A stretch of 64,000 nucleotides of DNA from Candidatus Bathyarchaeota archaeon (GCA_963832745.1 CAWHVC010000003.1:96001-160000); one strand, 5' to 3'; counted from the stretch's first letter, positions 30,831 through 41,549 are shown. Notes: generated from the sequence alone by a model not told the origin. Numbers and translations are program-made.

Positions 30831-33448
30831 GGTCGTTTTCTGAGTACTAATATTGTAGCAATTGCAACAGCGATTATTACTGCTACAGCTGAACCGATAG
30901 TGTAGAGTTCTATTGGCGGCATTACAATACTGCTTGTTGTTGCGGGGGGTGTTGTTTCTGCTGCTGCGCCTACTACGATGCCTGTTGAAGCTCCTGAGCT
31001 ACCGTAGGATTTGTCGCCTGCAAATGAAGCAATAATTTCGTATGCACCTTCATTTGGCGGTGTCCATTCGCAACTGAAAGTGCCATAGTATCCGTTGGTT
31101 GTCACTGTGCCGATTGGAACAGAGTTGCCGTTTGAATCCATCGCTATCAAAGTAACAGGGACACCTGTTATGGTTTCGTTGCCCCAAAGTCCACCGATCG
31201 GCATTTGCTTGTGCAGGTACTCCATTTGTATGGTCATTGACTCTTGGCTTACACATGGTGTTCCTAACTGTGCGGGGGATAGGTCGAGAACTGTTCCTTT
31301 GATTACTACGCCTGTGCCTTGTGGTATTACAACGTCTGGAGCGGTTACGGTGGTTTCGCTTTTACCTTTGCCTAAGACGTATAATGTACCAGTGTAGGAT
31401 TCAGATAAGCTCATGTATCCATCAACGGTTGCACCTATCGTTCCGGTGAGCATCATGTCAAATATTTTTTCTCCATTTGTTATGTTAATGCAGTTTAGTT
31501 TCCAGCCTCTTGTAATTGGTTGTGTTGGTGAGTGTTCAGTGTTAACAGTGTAAAGTTTACCGTCGATAGCATATGAGTAACCGTTGAATGACATTACTGT
31601 GGTGCCGTTCTTGTTAATGTATGGCGTTTCGAATGGACTTACTGCGGGGGCTTCGTATTTCCAAACGATTTTTCCTGTGTCCCAGTCAAACGCGTAAACT
31701 CCAGTATAACCGTCTCGGAAGAACATGCCATAGGCTGACGTTGTATCGTATGCGCCGAAGCTGTTTGCGTCCCATTGGGCATCCATTTTTTCGCTTGTCC
31801 ACTTTAGTTCGCCTGTTCTTATGTCAAGCCCTTTGAATTCACCCCAAGCATTAAGGAAAGCGTATGTTCCTTTATCACAAAGGTCACTTGCACTGCTATA
31901 ACCCATGAATTCTTGTGCACCTGCTGGAGCAATCGTCTTGTTTACTAGCACTTGACCTGTTTTCATGTCGACAGTTATGAGTCTCATTTCAGGTGTTGTT
32001 CCATCATAACCGATTAGTCCTCGTCCAAACGAAGCGGAAATTCCGGCGGTGAAGTCACTGGTTGCGGGGAAACTGGTTAATGGCCAACTGACATTACTCA
32101 TAATTCTTGAGGTAAAGTTTGTTGATGTTCCTGCAGTCGTGAAGTTTATTAGGAAACGTTGTGCATTTGCACCGGTTCCTATTGTTTGTACGCCTAAGCC
32201 GTAGCCACTCATGTAGTGAATAGCTGATGTCAACGGTGAGATTGAAGTGTTTAGTGTCATTGCTCCAGTGTTTGCATTATACTTGTAGAGTCTACTGCCA
32301 TCTAAGTATACTATTGTAGATGGGTACTCTATTGCGCCTTGGAATTGCCAGTTGCCGAAACTTTCCACAGTTTGTGAATGGGTAAATCCGTCAACTTCCC
32401 AGTATAGTTGTCCAGTGCGCATGTCAACACACTGTAACGTGGTTGTTGCTACCTGCTGTATGCTGCCATTGATATATTCAGACCGTACTTTTGGTACAGC
32501 CATGTATCCTCGTCCATCGATAGCCATTGTAATTACGCCCGGGTTTGCTGATGTAGTAGCAAATGGAACTTCATATGACCATTCGGTAGCGCCAAATGTT
32601 CCGTATCTGCCTGATCCAGTGATGCCTCCGAGAGCGTTAACTTGTTTCCAAGCAATGTGTGCAGTTTCTGGGGCTTGTACGTATGGGAAAAAGTCCATTC
32701 TTTGGTTCCAGTAGGGGCTGCAGTCGGGGTACATTTCATAATAGTCGGGGCCTGAGGGTCCATACCAGGGCCAGTCACCTATGATGGGTAACCAATCTCG
32801 CAGTTCTGGCGCTACTGGTCGTGTCCAATAGTCGGTTGGTGTTGTCACGTAGGGCCATGACCATACCATGTCTTCCTGTACGGTGAAAGTGTATTCGGGG
32901 CTTGAATCGGGTTTGTAGTAGGTTGAGCCAGTATAGTTTGATGTTGTGGTCATATAGCCAGCTGCGCCTTCAGAGGCTGAAGTGTAAACTACACCGTCAT
33001 TATAGTATCCTGCAGGTAAGAAGCATCCAGGGAAATCAACTTTGTACTTGTATACACCGACCTGTGTTGGAGTGTACTCCATCCATGTAGCGGCTGTGTC
33101 TCTTTCTGAATTCATGGTGAACTCGTCTGTGGTTCCATCTGGTTTAGTAATGGTTATGTGGTATCCGATGAGTTTACGTTGCGCATTGGACGCTGGTGTA
33201 GCCCAAACGTTGACTAGAAGGGTTTGGTCTTTGCCAATTACGCTTGGTCTTATGCTTATCCAGACGTCAGTGTCAAATGTGCCGGTTGCGACGTCACCAC
33301 TTTTCAATGGTCCAGCATACGGCTGTACTGGCGCAAGAGCTGCTTGAACGGGTTGTATCGGAGCGACAATTAGCACTGTTGAAGTTATCATCATCAAAAT
33401 AAAGATGATTGAAAAAACTATTTTTTTCTTTTTACTTGAAGTTTCCAA
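30827..33448 (-). CDS. Large secreted PQQ-like beta-propeller surface protein with C-terminal TM anchor
   Basis: TTG start after GGGAG, signal peptide, PTDYWTRP, EHSPTQP, terminal TM plus RKRP. Confidence 0.85.
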   Translation of the reverse strand: METSSKKKKIVFSIIFILMMITSTVLIVAPIQPVQAALAPVQPYAGPLKSGDVATGTFDTDVWISIRPSVIGKDQTLLVNVWATPASNAQRKLIGYHITITKPDGTTDEFTMNSERDTAATWMEYTPTQVGVYKYKVDFPGCFLPAGYYNDGVVYTSASEGAAGYMTTTSNYTGSTYYKPDSSPEYTFTVQEDMVWSWPYVTTPTDYWTRPVAPELRDWLPIIGDWPWYGPSGPDYYEMYPDCSPYWNQRMDFFPYVQAPETAHIAWKQVNALGGITGSGRYGTFGATEWSYEVPFATTSANPGVITMAIDGRGYMAVPKVRSEYINGSIQQVATTTLQCVDMRTGQLYWEVDGFTHSQTVESFGNWQFQGAIEYPSTIVYLDGSRLYKYNANTGAMTLNTSISPLTSAIHYMSGYGLGVQTIGTGANAQRFLINFTTAGTSTNFTSRIMSNVSWPLTSFPATSDFTAGISASFGRGLIGYDGTTPEMRLITVDMKTGQVLVNKTIAPAGAQEFMGYSSASDLCDKGTYAFLNAWGEFKGLDIRTGELKWTSEKMDAQWDANSFGAYDTTSAYGMFFRDGYTGVYAFDWDTGKIVWKYEAPAVSPFETPYINKNGTTVMSFNGYSYAIDGKLYTVNTEHSPTQPITRGWKLNCINITNGEKIFDMMLTGTIGATVDGYMSLSESYTGTLYVLGKGKSETTVTAPDVVIPQGTGVVIKGTVLDLSPAQLGTPCVSQESMTIQMEYLHKQMPIGGLWGNETITGVPVTLIAMDSNGNSVPIGTVTTNGYYGTFSCEWTPPNEGAYEIIASFAGDKSYGSSGASTGIVVGAAAETTPPATTSSIVMPPIELYTIGSAVAVIIAVAIATILVLRKRP

Positions 33449-33610
33449 AATTTTGGTCTCCCCAGTTTTATGAAGACGACAGTCTTGTGAAAAAAGAGTC
33501 ATCTTCAGAACCAATTTGGCGATAAAATGCTTATAACAACTGTTGGAAAGTGACCACTTAATACACAAAAAATTATAAAAAATATATAATAATAAAATTT
33601 AGGTGAAAAA

Positions 33611-33841
33611 TTAATAGAAGTTACGTGCTTCTTTACGTTTTTCTGCTTCCTCATAGAACCGTAGCACTTCGTCCACTATTTCTACGTTTGAAAGCAGCAT
33701 ACGCCTACAGCAATAGCGTTTAATGCCAAGACTGTCAAGCACGTCGCTCGCGTTTTCGCCTGTTTTAATGCGCCTTGCGAATTCTTCCCATCTGTCTCCA
33801 ACCAGTTTGCCGCAGGTGAAGCATCTTACGGGAATTATCAC
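33611..33841 (-). CDS. rpoN: RNA polymerase subunit N (Rpo10)
   Basis: MIIPVRCFTCGK...RYCCRRM. Confidence 0.97.
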   Translation of the reverse strand: MIIPVRCFTCGKLVGDRWEEFARRIKTGENASDVLDSLGIKRYCCRRMLLSNVEIVDEVLRFYEEAEKRKEARNFY

Positions 33842-33856
33842 TTTCTTTTTCTCTCC

Positions 33857-34267
33857 TTATCTGTAGCTCTTCTGTTCTTTTGCACGTGCGCCTGCTCCAC
33901 CGAACTTTTTGGTTTCTTTAGCTCTTGAGTCACCAACAATCATCGTTCGGTCGTATTCACTAAAGACTGTACGTAAATGAGAGCTTTTTGTCCATTTCAA
34001 CAATGCGTTTGCGACTGCCATGCGGGCTGCTTCTGCTTGACCCATGAAACCGCCGCCGCTGGTTTGAACGTCAAGGTCTACCTGATGCCAGACCTCTCCG
34101 CCTGCTTGCAGGAGTGGTTCCATGATTTTTGCACGTGCAATATCAGGTTCGTAAATTTCAACTGGTGTCAGGTTTATGCGTACTTTGCCTACGCCTTGTT
34201 TTACTACGGCGCGTGCAGTTGCGGTTTTTCGTTTTCCGCTAACAACTAATACTTTCTTTGCCGGCAT
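33857..34267 (-). CDS. rps9: 30S ribosomal protein S9
   Basis: GKRKTA, GGGFMGQA, QKSYR. Confidence 0.97.
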   Translation of the reverse strand: MPAKKVLVVSGKRKTATARAVVKQGVGKVRINLTPVEIYEPDIARAKIMEPLLQAGGEVWHQVDLDVQTSGGGFMGQAEAARMAVANALLKWTKSSHLRTVFSEYDRTMIVGDSRAKETKKFGGAGARAKEQKSYR

Positions 34268-34269
34268 GA

Positions 34270-34710
34270 TTATTCACCTTGATTCCATCCGATCTCTTTT
34301 GCTAATTCAGCTAAAGTGAAGGATGGCCCTTTAAGTTTTGAAGCTTGAGCTTCTTCGAATTGGATTGTTTGTTGGTCTTTAAGTTCTAATGGTACACCCA
34401 TGAAAACTTTTAGACGTTTAAATGCATTTTTGCCTTTTGGTTGATGGTAGGGCAGCATGCCTCTTAGGGTCTTTTTGAGCATTCTATCTGGTCTGCGGTA
34501 ATGGAATGGTCCGCGTTCTGGTGCTCCTACTTCAAGGAAAAGGTGTGCTTCTGCTATTTTGCTTTTCTTTTTGCCTGAAATAACGGTTTTTTCAGCGTTG
34601 AGAATGGTTACGTTTTCACCGTTTAGCAACCTTTTAGCGACGTTGCTTGACATTCTGCCAAGGATTAATCCCTCAGCATTTACGTAAGTTACTCGGGAGT
34701 TTGTTGACAT
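34270..34710 (-). CDS. rpl13: 50S ribosomal protein L13
   Basis: ILGRM, GPFH-RRP, RGMLP. Confidence 0.95.
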   Translation of the reverse strand: MSTNSRVTYVNAEGLILGRMSSNVAKRLLNGENVTILNAEKTVISGKKKSKIAEAHLFLEVGAPERGPFHYRRPDRMLKKTLRGMLPYHQPKGKNAFKRLKVFMGVPLELKDQQTIQFEEAQASKLKGPSFTLAELAKEIGWNQGE

Positions 34711-34717
34711 TACATTT

Positions 34718-35080
34718 TCACCGGATAATTTTGATATTTGAGCCTTTGGGATTTTTCGCCACAAGCTCAGGGATTGTTACGTATTTTGCTTTTACAGCGT
34801 CAAGTTTTGCTTTTGCTTTCTCTGAAACGCTGAAAGCAGCTACCGTAATCGGATGACTTAATGAGCCCGTTGCAAGAATTTTGCCGGGGATAACAATGGT
34901 GTCTGCAGTTTTTGTGTTCCTGTTGATGCTGCTCAGGTTCACTGCTGCACGTTGAGAGCGTGGTTGAGCTAACTGTTCAGCTACATCATGCCAGATAGGA
35001 GCATCTTTTTCTCTGCTCTCTTTCTTCAATTGTTTGATAAGCTGGATTAATTCCGGATTGGTTGATTCTGTTTGTCTCAT
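34718..35080 (-). CDS. rpl18e: 50S ribosomal protein L18e
   Basis: TNPELI, VNLSSI, PGKILATG. Confidence 0.95.
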   Translation of the reverse strand: MRQTESTNPELIQLIKQLKKESREKDAPIWHDVAEQLAQPRSQRAAVNLSSINRNTKTADTIVIPGKILATGSLSHPITVAAFSVSEKAKAKLDAVKAKYVTIPELVAKNPKGSNIKIIR

Positions 35081-35892
35081 TGTTTTTCTACCTTTGCTTG
35101 TTCTTCAAATTCCTTTAGTTGTTGCCCTAAGATTTTTGTTGCTTCTTGAAGTACTCTTTCAGGTGGAAGTGCACCTGTTGACTCCAAATTAATGATAAAA
35201 GAGTTCTTTTCCCATTCAACTTTAAGCGGGGAAGGCTTTTTGGGGCAAGCGTCAACACAGTCCATGCACAAGTTGCATGAATAGATGTCGCGGACGTCAA
35301 TTTTGCCGCCTTTGGTTTCTAAAACTTTTTTGGGGCATATGTCAACGCATTTTTGGCAGTCTTCACATAACTCGGTTGGAGTAGTGATTTTTGGGTAATA
35401 CTTGTATGCTGAAACACATACTGGTTGCCATTTTGCGTGCGTTTTGCCAGTTCCAAGTCTTGCGTAGGCTTCAAGTTTTAGTTTTTGTCCTTTTGCAAGT
35501 TTGATTATTGGGATTTTGTCTGATACTGGAACAATTTCGGGGTTTTCAGAAACGAGTTCACCGCTGTAAACGGTTCTTGTGCCGTCTTTTGCCTCTGCGT
35601 CTAAGGTCAAGGTTACTCGGCATTGCGGACAGCCGAATTCGCTTTGGCAAGGGCATTCTTCAGGAGTATTGTAATTGTCAAGGTCTGTTTTTAATGGAGT
35701 AAGACCAAGCCTGTGAGCAATAATTTCGTCTTGAAGAATTGATGAGTTATCAATCATTACAACTTCATCAATTGCCATGCATGGAACCTGAGCAAGTGAT
35801 ATTCTGCGCAAAGCGTTCATTAGAGGAACCTCTGCGTCTCTTACAATTACGCGAATGACTGTATCGTTTTTCTCAAGGATTTCAACTTTCAC
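35077..35892 (-). CDS. rpoD: RNA polymerase subunit D (Rpo3) with ferredoxin-like insert
   Basis: NALRR, IAHRLGL, HAKWQP, two CxxCxxxCP clusters. Confidence 0.96.
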   Translation of the reverse strand: MKVEILEKNDTVIRVIVRDAEVPLMNALRRISLAQVPCMAIDEVVMIDNSSILQDEIIAHRLGLTPLKTDLDNYNTPEECPCQSEFGCPQCRVTLTLDAEAKDGTRTVYSGELVSENPEIVPVSDKIPIIKLAKGQKLKLEAYARLGTGKTHAKWQPVCVSAYKYYPKITTPTELCEDCQKCVDICPKKVLETKGGKIDVRDIYSCNLCMDCVDACPKKPSPLKVEWEKNSFIINLESTGALPPERVLQEATKILGQQLKEFEEQAKVEKQ

Positions 35893-36001
35893 TTGCTAAG
35901 ACACTCCAACAATAGGTGCAAATATTTGGTTTGCGTTTCAATAATTGTTTCAGTGCATTATTTCAATTTTTCTATTAATCAAATAATGAAAGGGTGGAAG
36001 G

Positions 36002-36403
36002 TTAAACTCTTCTTCCTCTTCTGCCACCGGGTCTTCGGGTGCCGTCATGAGGAATTGGGGTCACTTCTTCAATGCGTTCAATACGGAAGCCAAATCTTGC
36101 AAGGGCTCTGATTGCTGCTTGTGCACCTGGACCAGGAGTCCTTGGACCACTGCCACCTGGTGCGCGAACTTTAATGTGGATTGCTGTTACGCCTTTGTCT
36201 CTTGCAATTTCTGCCGCTCCGGTTGCTGCGCGCATTGCTGCATATGGTGATGATTCCATGCGGTCTGCTTTGACGAACATTCCGCCGGTTGTACGCGCGA
36301 TTGTTTCGGCACCGCTAATGTCAGTTATGTGGATTAAGGTGTTGTTGTAGGAGCTAAAGATGTGGACTATTCCCCATTTTTCGTTACGTTTGCTGTTGCT
36401 CAA
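36002..36403 (-). CDS. rps11: 30S ribosomal protein S11
   Basis: [25 protein letters not shown]. Confidence 0.97.
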   Translation of the reverse strand: MSNSKRNEKWGIVHIFSSYNNTLIHITDISGAETIARTTGGMFVKADRMESSPYAAMRAATGAAEIARDKGVTAIHIKVRAPGGSGPRTPGPGAQAAIRALARFGFRIERIEEVTPIPHDGTRRPGGRRGRRV

Positions 36404-36990
36404 AATCTGCCGCCTCCACGTCCGCCTCTTCTGCCTCGGCTAGGTTGTCGGATTTCGGGTGGTTTAGCGACAACTGTTAAGCCTACGCGTAATGGGTGGG
36501 CTTGGTTTGTAAGTGCACTTGTTACTGAGTAAGTAATTTGTGCTTCATCTGCTTTTGGAACGATGTAGCCTGGGATTGTTACTCGTCTGCCATTGATTGA
36601 TATGTGTGCATGAGTGATTAGCTGGCGTGATTGGAATATTGTTCTTGTCAAGCTTTTTCGGAAAACGATTGTTTGCAGTCTACGTTCAAGAATGTCTTCG
36701 ATAGTTAAGTCTAAGACATTGTCTAGAACGGCTGTTTCCTGCAGGATACCCAACTTCTTTAAGCGGGTTAGCAGTTCACCTTCCATTTTTGCGCGTTCTT
36801 CAGGTGTTTTGCTGATTAATGAACGTGCAATGCCTCTGACTTTGGATAGATACGTTTTGTGACGCCAGAGCTCATGTTTGTTTCTTAAACCGTATTGACC
36901 TAAGAGTTTAAGCTCTTCTTGAAGAATATCTTTGCGCCAACGGAAACGTGGAGTTTCGAATTTCTTACGCTGTTTCTTTGGATCTCCCAC
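36400..36990 (-). CDS. rps4: 30S ribosomal protein S4
   Basis: MGDPKK, YGLRNK, LERRLQT. Confidence 0.97.
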   Translation of the reverse strand: MGDPKKQRKKFETPRFRWRKDILQEELKLLGQYGLRNKHELWRHKTYLSKVRGIARSLISKTPEERAKMEGELLTRLKKLGILQETAVLDNVLDLTIEDILERRLQTIVFRKSLTRTIFQSRQLITHAHISINGRRVTIPGYIVPKADEAQITYSVTSALTNQAHPLRVGLTVVAKPPEIRQPSRGRRGGRGGGRF

Positions 36991-36992
36991 GA

Positions 36993-37478
36993 TTATTTGC
37001 CTCCTTCAGCTGGCTTACTACCTTGTTGCAGGGTCTTTTTCTTTACGCCTAATGCTTTGCCTGCGCGTCCAGTGGTTTTTGTTCTTTGACCACGAACTTT
37101 TAAGCTGTAAGCGTGACGGTATCCACGCCAGGAACGGATTTCTCTGGCTTGGTCGATGTCAGTTTTTACTTTGAAAATTAGATCAGCGCTTAAGAGGTGG
37201 ACATCTTTGCCTGTTTCCGAATCCTTTCGCCTGTTAAAGAGCCAGCCGGGGATTCCGTATTTTGCTGGGTCTCGGATTACATCCTCTATTTTTGCGATGT
37301 CTGAATCTGTAATGAAACCTACACGCAGATCTGGGTTAACGCCTGCTTTTTTAATGACAGCGTTTGACAGGCTCATATTGATACCCCTAACTTGTTTCAC
37401 TGCATAAGAAGTTTTTAGGGTGCCTGGTGAGTCAGAGCCCAAGATGCGCACTATGTGACGAAATTCCTGTGACGACAT
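36993..37478 (-). CDS. rps13: 30S ribosomal protein S13
   Basis: RSWRGYRH, KVRGQRTKTTGR. Confidence 0.97.
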   Translation of the reverse strand: MSSQEFRHIVRILGSDSPGTLKTSYAVKQVRGINMSLSNAVIKKAGVNPDLRVGFITDSDIAKIEDVIRDPAKYGIPGWLFNRRKDSETGKDVHLLSADLIFKVKTDIDQAREIRSWRGYRHAYSLKVRGQRTKTTGRAGKALGVKKKTLQQGSKPAEGGK

Positions 37479-37893
37479 TCTAAATTATCATCCGTTTTTA
37501 ACTTGAAGCATATACGAAATGAGGCAGTATTTATTTAAACCTTCCCTTGCCAGAATATTCGTTTAATGAAATTTATAAACGTCTAACTATTCCAAGCAAC
37601 GTATCTGCCACTGTTTTTTCTGATAACAAGCAATGCAAAGTACCTAAAAAGGATTATACTTTTGGCACCTCGAGAGACAAAAACACGGCTTACAAGAAAC
37701 AACAGGGCAATTGCAAGACGTTGGCAAAAGGAAAGTTTGCAGTAGAGCAATAAACTCACCATTTATTACCCACAATCAAGCTTTTTGATTCACTATTTTA
37801 CCAGTTTTATTGAATTTCAATAATATATGATAACAAAACTAAATGTAAATAAATGAGGACAACAATGCTGTTGAGCCGGAAGGGATTGGGAAA

Positions 37894-38151
37894 ATGGAAT
37901 TAACTATAACAATAGTTGGTTTAATAGCTGCAGTATTTACAACAATTGCTCTTTTGCCTCAACTGCTCAAAGTTAAACGAACCAAATCAGCCAAAGACAT
38001 CTCCACATGGATGTTTTCACTTTTTTGTGGAGGCGTATTTTTATGGTTTATTTACGGCTTGTTCGTTTTTGATTTGCCCATTATTCTCGCAAATTCCTTC
38101 ACATTCGTTCAAGCAGTAACAATTCTAATGCTTAAAATAAAATACAAATGA
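37894..38151 (+). CDS. SemiSWEET (PQ-loop) transporter
   Basis: TTIALLPQ, SAKDIS, LWFIYG, PIILAN. Confidence 0.9.
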   Translation: MELTITIVGLIAAVFTTIALLPQLLKVKRTKSAKDISTWMFSLFCGGVFLWFIYGLFVFDLPIILANSFTFVQAVTILMLKIKYK

Positions 38152-38229
38152 AGCCAAACTCTAAGCAAAGCCAAATTTCAAGTTTTTTCAAAAAGAAGAA
38201 GGGAGTTTTTCAAGGCCCTTCAAACTAAT

Positions 38230-38934
38230 CTACAAGAAAAGATTGTTGTCGACATCTATGAAAGTGTTGATTTCACTGGCAATCTTTGGATTTGGATTCT
38301 CCAACCCATACCGGTTAAGCCAAACGGCTTTCATTCCAACATCAATGGCAGGCAAAATATCGCAGTTCCAAGAATCCCCAACATACACAGCGTTGGATGG
38401 TGTGACATCAACTTTTTCAAGGGCAATCTCGAAAAGTTGTTTGCTGGGTTTTTTGTAGCAGTCGCTTTCTGAAATTATAAAGTAGTCAAGTAGTTTGTCT
38501 ATTTTGCATGCTTTTAGTTTCTCCATTTCCTGGTCGACCTGACCATTTGCTATTACGCCCAGTTTGGCATAATTCATCAGGGTTGTTAGGAGTTCTATGC
38601 TGCCGGGCACGGGTTGACGGTTTTTACAGTATTCTTTAGTATACAGTTCCACAGTGTTTTTTTCTTCTTCTATGCTCAGGTTTATTCCATACATTGCGCA
38701 CAGTTTGGATATTCCTTGTGTGGTAACGTCAGCCATTATTAAATTGCCGCTGGGAGTAGCACAATAATCGGAAGCGCCGAGAAGTCTTTCGTGTTCTTCT
38801 TCTAGTTCTTCTAAAGAAACAGCTCTAAGTTTTTGAAATTTTTTTTGAAGTGCCTCTAATCCTTTTAGACGACTGTGCTTATGGTCAAAAAGGGTATCAT
38901 CCAAGTCGAACAATACAGCCTTCATCAGACTCAC
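38230..38934 (-). CDS. HAD-superfamily hydrolase
   Basis: FDLDDTL, KKP, VGDSW-CDI. Confidence 0.9.
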   Translation of the reverse strand: MSLMKAVLFDLDDTLFDHKHSRLKGLEALQKKFQKLRAVSLEELEEEHERLLGASDYCATPSGNLIMADVTTQGISKLCAMYGINLSIEEEKNTVELYTKEYCKNRQPVPGSIELLTTLMNYAKLGVIANGQVDQEMEKLKACKIDKLLDYFIISESDCYKKPSKQLFEIALEKVDVTPSNAVYVGDSWNCDILPAIDVGMKAVWLNRYGLENPNPKIASEINTFIDVDNNLFL

Positions 38935-39097
38935 TGCTAATATAATTAGAATGCTACCCTTCTTAAAGTTAACCTAAATATAAGCAAAAAAAAGCATCTG
39001 AACAGTTTTCAAATGAAAAATAACAATTAAAATAAACAAATGCTAAATTGTCCAATACAAAACAACGGCATTGTGTGGCGCTAACTTCAATCACCAA

Positions 39098-39132
39098 AAC
39101 CTATCAGGACGCTATAGAGGTTCTATGCAGAA
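39098..39132 (+). repeat. attL: left half of dispersed repeat ending in core TATGCAGAA (39124-39132)
   Basis: AACCTATCAGGACGCTATAGAGGTTC-TATGCAGAA, then similarity to the repeat stops abruptly. Confidence 0.88.
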
Positions 39133-39407
39133 TGCCTGTGGTGTAAAAAGCATGGGAAAATGTAAGATAAGGCGTAAGAAAACACGGTAAAAGTGTAAAT
39201 TTACGCTATTACTCGATTTTCATGGTAAACAGAACGGTAAACAACGGCGTAATCTTACACTTTTTGTAAACAGGCAGTATAAAGGTAAATGGGTGAAAGC
39301 GGTAATTACCTGTGTTTCCTTTGGAAATCACCCTGTAAACATGCCCGATTCATTGGAAAAAACACTTATATGCTTGTTTTACCATATCAGCGCTTGGTGA
39401 CATCAGA

Positions 39408-40094
39408 TTGAAGCCGAGGGCTGTTAGACTCAGCGCTGACTACGAAGCAAGACTACAGAAGGTAAAAGACTTCTATGGTGTTAGTGGCGGTTACTTCTCA
39501 GACGAATTTAGAAAGTTACTGGAAGTCCTTAGCGAGTGCATTGATAATCAACGCCAGTGGCAACAGACCGAGGAAACCTTAGAGAAATCGAAAGCTATTT
39601 TTTGCCAGTTCAGAAAAACCATTGAAATACCACACCGCAACAAAAAAACAGGTGAGGTTATTTGGAAAGAAAAAAACCTTGTATGTTCCCGTAACCCACC
39701 AACCTTTAAGAAAGCGTTTTTGCCGTTGTGTGATATTTGCCAAGCTAACAAGTTCCATCTTAAGCTGACAGAGAACACTATTGTTGAACAGCCCAAAATT
39801 GAAACACCCCTCTATGAAGAGTCTCGAGAGTCACAGGTAGCACCCAAGCCGCAACCCCAACCAATTAAGAAAGAACTCCAACCGATTGTAGGCTGGGAAA
39901 ACTACTCTGTACGCTCTGACGGCTCTAAAGTTTGTCCTTTTGGTGGCTATGTCTATCCAGCAAATTGTAAGCGTTGCAAAGAGGCAGACGATAAAAACAA
40001 ATGGGAAACTTGTGTAGCGCTTCATTATCAGCTACAGACTAACCCCTCGGCTCCAAGAAAATTTGATGCCCTAAACACAACAGGGCGCAATTAA
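39408..40094 (+). CDS. Proviral protein, Cys-rich, possible N-terminal RHH-like DNA-binding domain
   Basis: TTG start after GGTGA; AVRLSADYEARL; CDIC, CPFGG..CKRC. Confidence 0.65.
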   Translation: MKPRAVRLSADYEARLQKVKDFYGVSGGYFSDEFRKLLEVLSECIDNQRQWQQTEETLEKSKAIFCQFRKTIEIPHRNKKTGEVIWKEKNLVCSRNPPTFKKAFLPLCDICQANKFHLKLTENTIVEQPKIETPLYEESRESQVAPKPQPQPIKKELQPIVGWENYSVRSDGSKVCPFGGYVYPANCKRCKEADDKNKWETCVALHYQLQTNPSAPRKFDALNTTGRN

Positions 40095-40097
40095 ACT

Positions 40098-40370
40098 ATG
40101 AGTGAGCAAGAAATTAAAACCCCCAAACCTGCAACCTTAACCTATATCCTTGAAGTATCCCCCAAATGCAACAGGCTACAAGTTGAACAAGAAATGGCTA
40201 TTAGCCTGCGCAAGCTTAACGACTGCAAAGCTGTTGATGCTTACCGTTTTGGTGAACTTCTCGGTACAACCTGTAAGGGCAAAGGCATTACTGACGAAAC
40301 GTTGACGGCTGATTTTACCGTGATTCTTGAAACCGATAAAATTGCAGAGCTTCATGGCTCTAAACTTTAG
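40098..40370 (+). CDS. Proviral hypothetical protein
   Basis: Tightly packed ORF in operon. Confidence 0.6.
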   Translation: MSEQEIKTPKPATLTYILEVSPKCNRLQVEQEMAISLRKLNDCKAVDAYRFGELLGTTCKGKGITDETLTADFTVILETDKIAELHGSKL

Positions 40371-40381
40371 GAGCCTTGCAA

Positions 40382-41263
40382 ATGTCCGAAACACCCGATT
40401 TATTATTCCTTGGGCGAGGCTTAGACGAACCAACCCCCGAACCAACCAACACACGCACAGACAGCGACATGTTAAAAGAAATTTTTGAGCAGTACCCAAC
40501 AGCCGAAGAAGCAAAGAAGCATGTCAACGAGGTTGCAAAAGGAGAAAACAAGTTTAACCGAAAATTCAGCAAACCCAACTGCTACAAGGCAATCAAAAAG
40601 AAATGCAACTTCAAAGGCGATAAACCAAAAGTTTCAAGCCATGAAGCAACCGCAAGCATTCCAGAAGGCGAAGAAATAGAACTCCCCATCGAGCCAGACA
40701 CACCAACACAAACCACTTCAACGCACTTTGAAGATGAAAGCGGCATACCTGAACCTCAACCTTACAACCAACCATTCACAAACTACGAAGCCGTAAAAGC
40801 AGAACTACAACCAATCCAAGAACGAAGCGTCAAAGGCTTAGTCAACAACGTTTTTGACATGATAGGCGTTAAAGGCGAAGGCAAAAACGGCGTAGGTATA
40901 ACCGACCAAGAAAGCAAAGATACAATCACACTTTTGCCCTATATTCTCAAAAAAATAACAAAGGGCGAAATGAACCAAGAAACCTATGAGAACCTAACCA
41001 TTGGTTTACACGTTGGCAACATTGCAACCAAAGCAATAAAAAGCAAAGTTGCAGACCGAACAAACAAGGAACTCAAGAAAATTTTTGCAGAACAACCAAC
41101 AACAACACAGAAAATAACCCCTGCACCACAGCCAGCCCCAGCACCCGAACCAAAGCCAGAGCAGACACCCGAAACCAAACCCGAACAGCCAGCCATAAAC
41201 ATAACAAGCAACGACAGCCGAAACACGCCTTTCCTAAAAGCAATGGAGAAAATGCAACACTAA
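40382..41263 (+). CDS. Proviral hypothetical protein with Pro/Glu-rich linkers
   Basis: Long ORF after AGGAG. Confidence 0.7.
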   Translation: MSETPDLLFLGRGLDEPTPEPTNTRTDSDMLKEIFEQYPTAEEAKKHVNEVAKGENKFNRKFSKPNCYKAIKKKCNFKGDKPKVSSHEATASIPEGEEIELPIEPDTPTQTTSTHFEDESGIPEPQPYNQPFTNYEAVKAELQPIQERSVKGLVNNVFDMIGVKGEGKNGVGITDQESKDTITLLPYILKKITKGEMNQETYENLTIGLHVGNIATKAIKSKVADRTNKELKKIFAEQPTTTQKITPAPQPAPAPEPKPEQTPETKPEQPAINITSNDSRNTPFLKAMEKMQH

Positions 41264-41267
41264 AGGG

Positions 41268-41549
41268 GTGACAAGAATGAACTTTGACGATTTAAAAACT
41301 ATCTTAGGCGTTATGAAAACAATTATGCCGCCAGAAAGCCGTGAACAAGTTGATTCATTGCTTAAGCTGGGAGAAATAGCTCAAACAGTGTTGCCCAAAG
41401 ATGCCGTTCAAACAAAGCCATTAATGGAGATGCTTAAGCGCTGTCATGTTGAGCAAACCACTTACAAGGGTAAAAAGTGCGTTGCCATTATCATCGAAAA
41501 AATCCCCCCAGCAATCGAAACAACCGCAATAAAGAAGGCAGACGCATGA
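41268..41549 (+). CDS. Proviral hypothetical protein
   Basis: ORF with GGTGA SD; ATGA overlap with next gene. Confidence 0.65.
   Translation: MTRMNFDDLKTILGVMKTIMPPESREQVDSLLKLGEIAQTVLPKDAVQTKPLMEMLKRCHVEQTTYKGKKCVAIIIEKIPPAIETTAIKKADA

Noticed and set aside
37547-37753. 68-aa ORF upstream of rps13
   Set aside because: No SD, motif or clear coding signal; lies in a promoter region
38940-39140. tRNA gene at the integration site
   Set aside because: No cloverleaf or T-loop GTTCRA motif recognizable at either att end
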